Positions 62,741-64,000 of a DNA stretch of 64,000 bases are shown here, piece by piece. Position 1 is the first letter of the stretch. Each line of letters begins with the position of its first letter. This DNA comes from Methylobacteriaceae bacterium. Its GTDB lineage: Bacteria; Pseudomonadota; Alphaproteobacteria; Rhizobiales; Beijerinckiaceae. The notes beneath the pieces are model-generated. The model did not search any database. It saw only the letters and a list, made by a program, of their open reading frames with translations, and was not told where the DNA came from. Location: the NCBI GenBank assembly GCA_016793505.1, contig JAEULW010000160.1:4756-68755 (forward strand), in the 5' to 3' direction. The position numbers were made by a program, and so were the translations under genes.

Positions 62741-63982
62741 TCAGCACTTCTCCGCCTCTGGCAGGCTGCGACGGGTCAGGGTCGCCGCCGCCATGGCGAG
62801 GCCGACAACCGCCATCAGCGCAAAGCCAGTGGAGGGATAGGAGTGGGTCGAGAACTGCGCGACCTTGCCGTCGCCAAATACGGTCGGCATGAACGGCTTC
62901 AGCGTAAACGCGCCCATCTCGTTGAGGCTGTGGCCGTACCACCAGAGCCAGCCGGCATATTCCGCGACGAAGCCGATCGGCAGCATCATCGGCGCGAAAG
63001 CCAGCGCGTAGAAGAGCACGGAGCGCGGGCGCGTCGCCAGCCACAGCATGGCGAGCATGGCTAGGATCAGCCCGCCATAGAGCAGATGGGCGACGGTCGT
63101 CATGATGGCGACGAGGCGGCCATTCTTTGCCGGCTCGTTGAACCAGCGGCCGAGGCTTTCGGCATAGTGCCAGGCCATGACGTCGAGGCCGCGCCCGGTC
63201 CATTTCGGCGTGGGGTCGGTAAGGCTGACCGGCGCTTTCTGGTCATGCACGGTCTTGAGGATCTCGATCAATTGCGCCTTACTGGCGGAGGCGTCGACCT
63301 TTGGGCGGGACGCGTCGCCGAGGCCGCTCCTGGCCAGCGACTCCTTCAGCTGCTTGACGACGGGATGGAGGTTCTCGTCCTTCGTCTCGTCCTCGGAACG
63401 GCCGAGACTGTCGACAAGGCCGGCGACCCAACCCTTGCCAAGATACTGAACGCCATTCTGCGTGAACAGGGCGAGCGTCATCCATGCGACGATGCCGGCA
63501 AATCCGAGCGCCATCACGCCCGTGCGAAGCGCAGTTCCGGGCAGGGCGAAGCCGAGGATCAGCACGCCGAGGAAAGCGAACAGGAAGGGGGAGAACAGCT
63601 TTTCGACCGGGCCGCCGGAGGCGATCGGAAACATCCCGACGAAGTGATTGATGGTGTCCATCTCATGCACGCAGTCGAGCGCTTCTTTTTCGAGAACCTC
63701 GGAGCTCTTGCGCAGCGTGCAGCCGTTCGAGACGCGATCGACATGAAAGTTGATGCGCACACCGTCGGGGAAAGTGTGCGCAGGATAATTGGGGGCGCGC
63801 AACGCCACCCACCATGCCGGCTGGAAATAGGCCGCGCCGAGCGCCAGCAGCGCGATGACGCAGAGCGCGCGATAGATCAGCGCGGCGCGGGAGGGCGCAG
63901 TGGCGGCGGGCGCGGCGAGGCTGACGCCGACGGTCTCGGCGCTTTGGATCATGCCGCTTTCGTGCGTGGCGCTGTGGTTCAT
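62741..63982 (-). CDS. nosB: Six-TM membrane protein in the position of NosB (clade II nos signature gene)
   Basis: 413 aa with about 6 predicted TM helices and a roughly 100-aa soluble loop. It ends 1 nt before the nosD ATG. The assignment rests on position and topology, not on motif recognition. Confidence 0.5.
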   Translation of the reverse strand: MNHSATHESGMIQSAETVGVSLAAPAATAPSRAALIYRALCVIALLALGAAYFQPAWWVALRAPNYPAHTFPDGVRINFHVDRVSNGCTLRKSSEVLEKEALDCVHEMDTINHFVGMFPIASGGPVEKLFSPFLFAFLGVLILGFALPGTALRTGVMALGFAGIVAWMTLALFTQNGVQYLGKGWVAGLVDSLGRSEDETKDENLHPVVKQLKESLARSGLGDASRPKVDASASKAQLIEILKTVHDQKAPVSLTDPTPKWTGRGLDVMAWHYAESLGRWFNEPAKNGRLVAIMTTVAHLLYGGLILAMLAMLWLATRPRSVLFYALAFAPMMLPIGFVAEYAGWLWWYGHSLNEMGAFTLKPFMPTVFGDGKVAQFSTHSYPSTGFALMAVVGLAMAAATLTRRSLPEAEKC

Positions 63983-64000
63983 CGGTCGCGATCATCCGTG

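Noticed and set aside
63983-64000. Possible 3' end of nosZ on the minus strand (a TGA at 63992-63994 when read on the minus strand).
   Set aside because: Only two codons would lie inside the window, so nothing can be supported from this sequence. nosZ is predicted from synteny only.
1-64000. Search by eye for tRNA, rRNA, CRISPR arrays, IS elements, integrases, toxin-antitoxin or known defence genes.
   Set aside because: No ORF in the track resembles a transposase, integrase, Cas protein or defence-system component. No regularly spaced repeats or rRNA/tRNA-like segments were noticed. This is a negative result from visual inspection, not from tRNAscan or Infernal.

Overview
High-GC, gene-dense chromosomal segment with about 70 supportable CDS. 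I recognised no rRNA, tRNA, CRISPR array, transposase or integrase. All family assignments were made by eye from the supplied translations plus start-codon, RBS and overlap inspection; no search was run. Gene content and organisation (NirDL fusion, norCBQDEF, TlpA/Sco, sarcosine oxidase) suggest an alphaproteobacterial denitrifier, but that is inference. Layout: (1) 1-9.8 kb holds a sugar-acid dehydratase tail, an RraA-like protein, NIPSNAP, a family-5 ABC importer, a GH51 arabinofuranosidase and an ArsR-type regulator. (2) 9.9-31.8 kb is a denitrification island. It carries two convergent Crp/Fnr paralogues, a small Tat-signal protein, nirS followed by a strong terminator, a NapC/NirT-cytochrome fusion, a cupredoxin and nirE-C-F-DL-G-H-J-N. 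These are followed by a hemerythrin, two hypothetical proteins, a third Crp/Fnr paralogue, norCBQDEF on the minus strand, and a CysG-derived gene divergent from norC. (3) 31.9-54.9 kb is a catabolic and transport block: a split UxaA-type dehydratase, two amino-acid ABC systems, a Rieske oxygenase with its reductase, M29/NicX-like, DoeB-like and ACMSD-like enzymes. It also holds soxBDAG, LysR, an aminotransferase, YeiH, a creatininase-family protein and a GST. (4) 55.1-64.0 kb holds sco, tlpA, a MenA-like prenyltransferase, and a nos accessory cluster of the clade II (Wolinella) type: nosB-D-G-H-F-L-Y on the minus strand, with no nosR or nosX. nosZ is expected just beyond the 3' edge. The most interesting candidates are the NirT-linker-second-cytochrome fusion with its cupredoxin inserted after nirS, the clade II-style nos module with a coupled MenA-like/TlpA pair, the CysG gene with a decayed methyltransferase domain sharing a promoter region with norC, and a set of FNR-type dyads that would wire these genes together.
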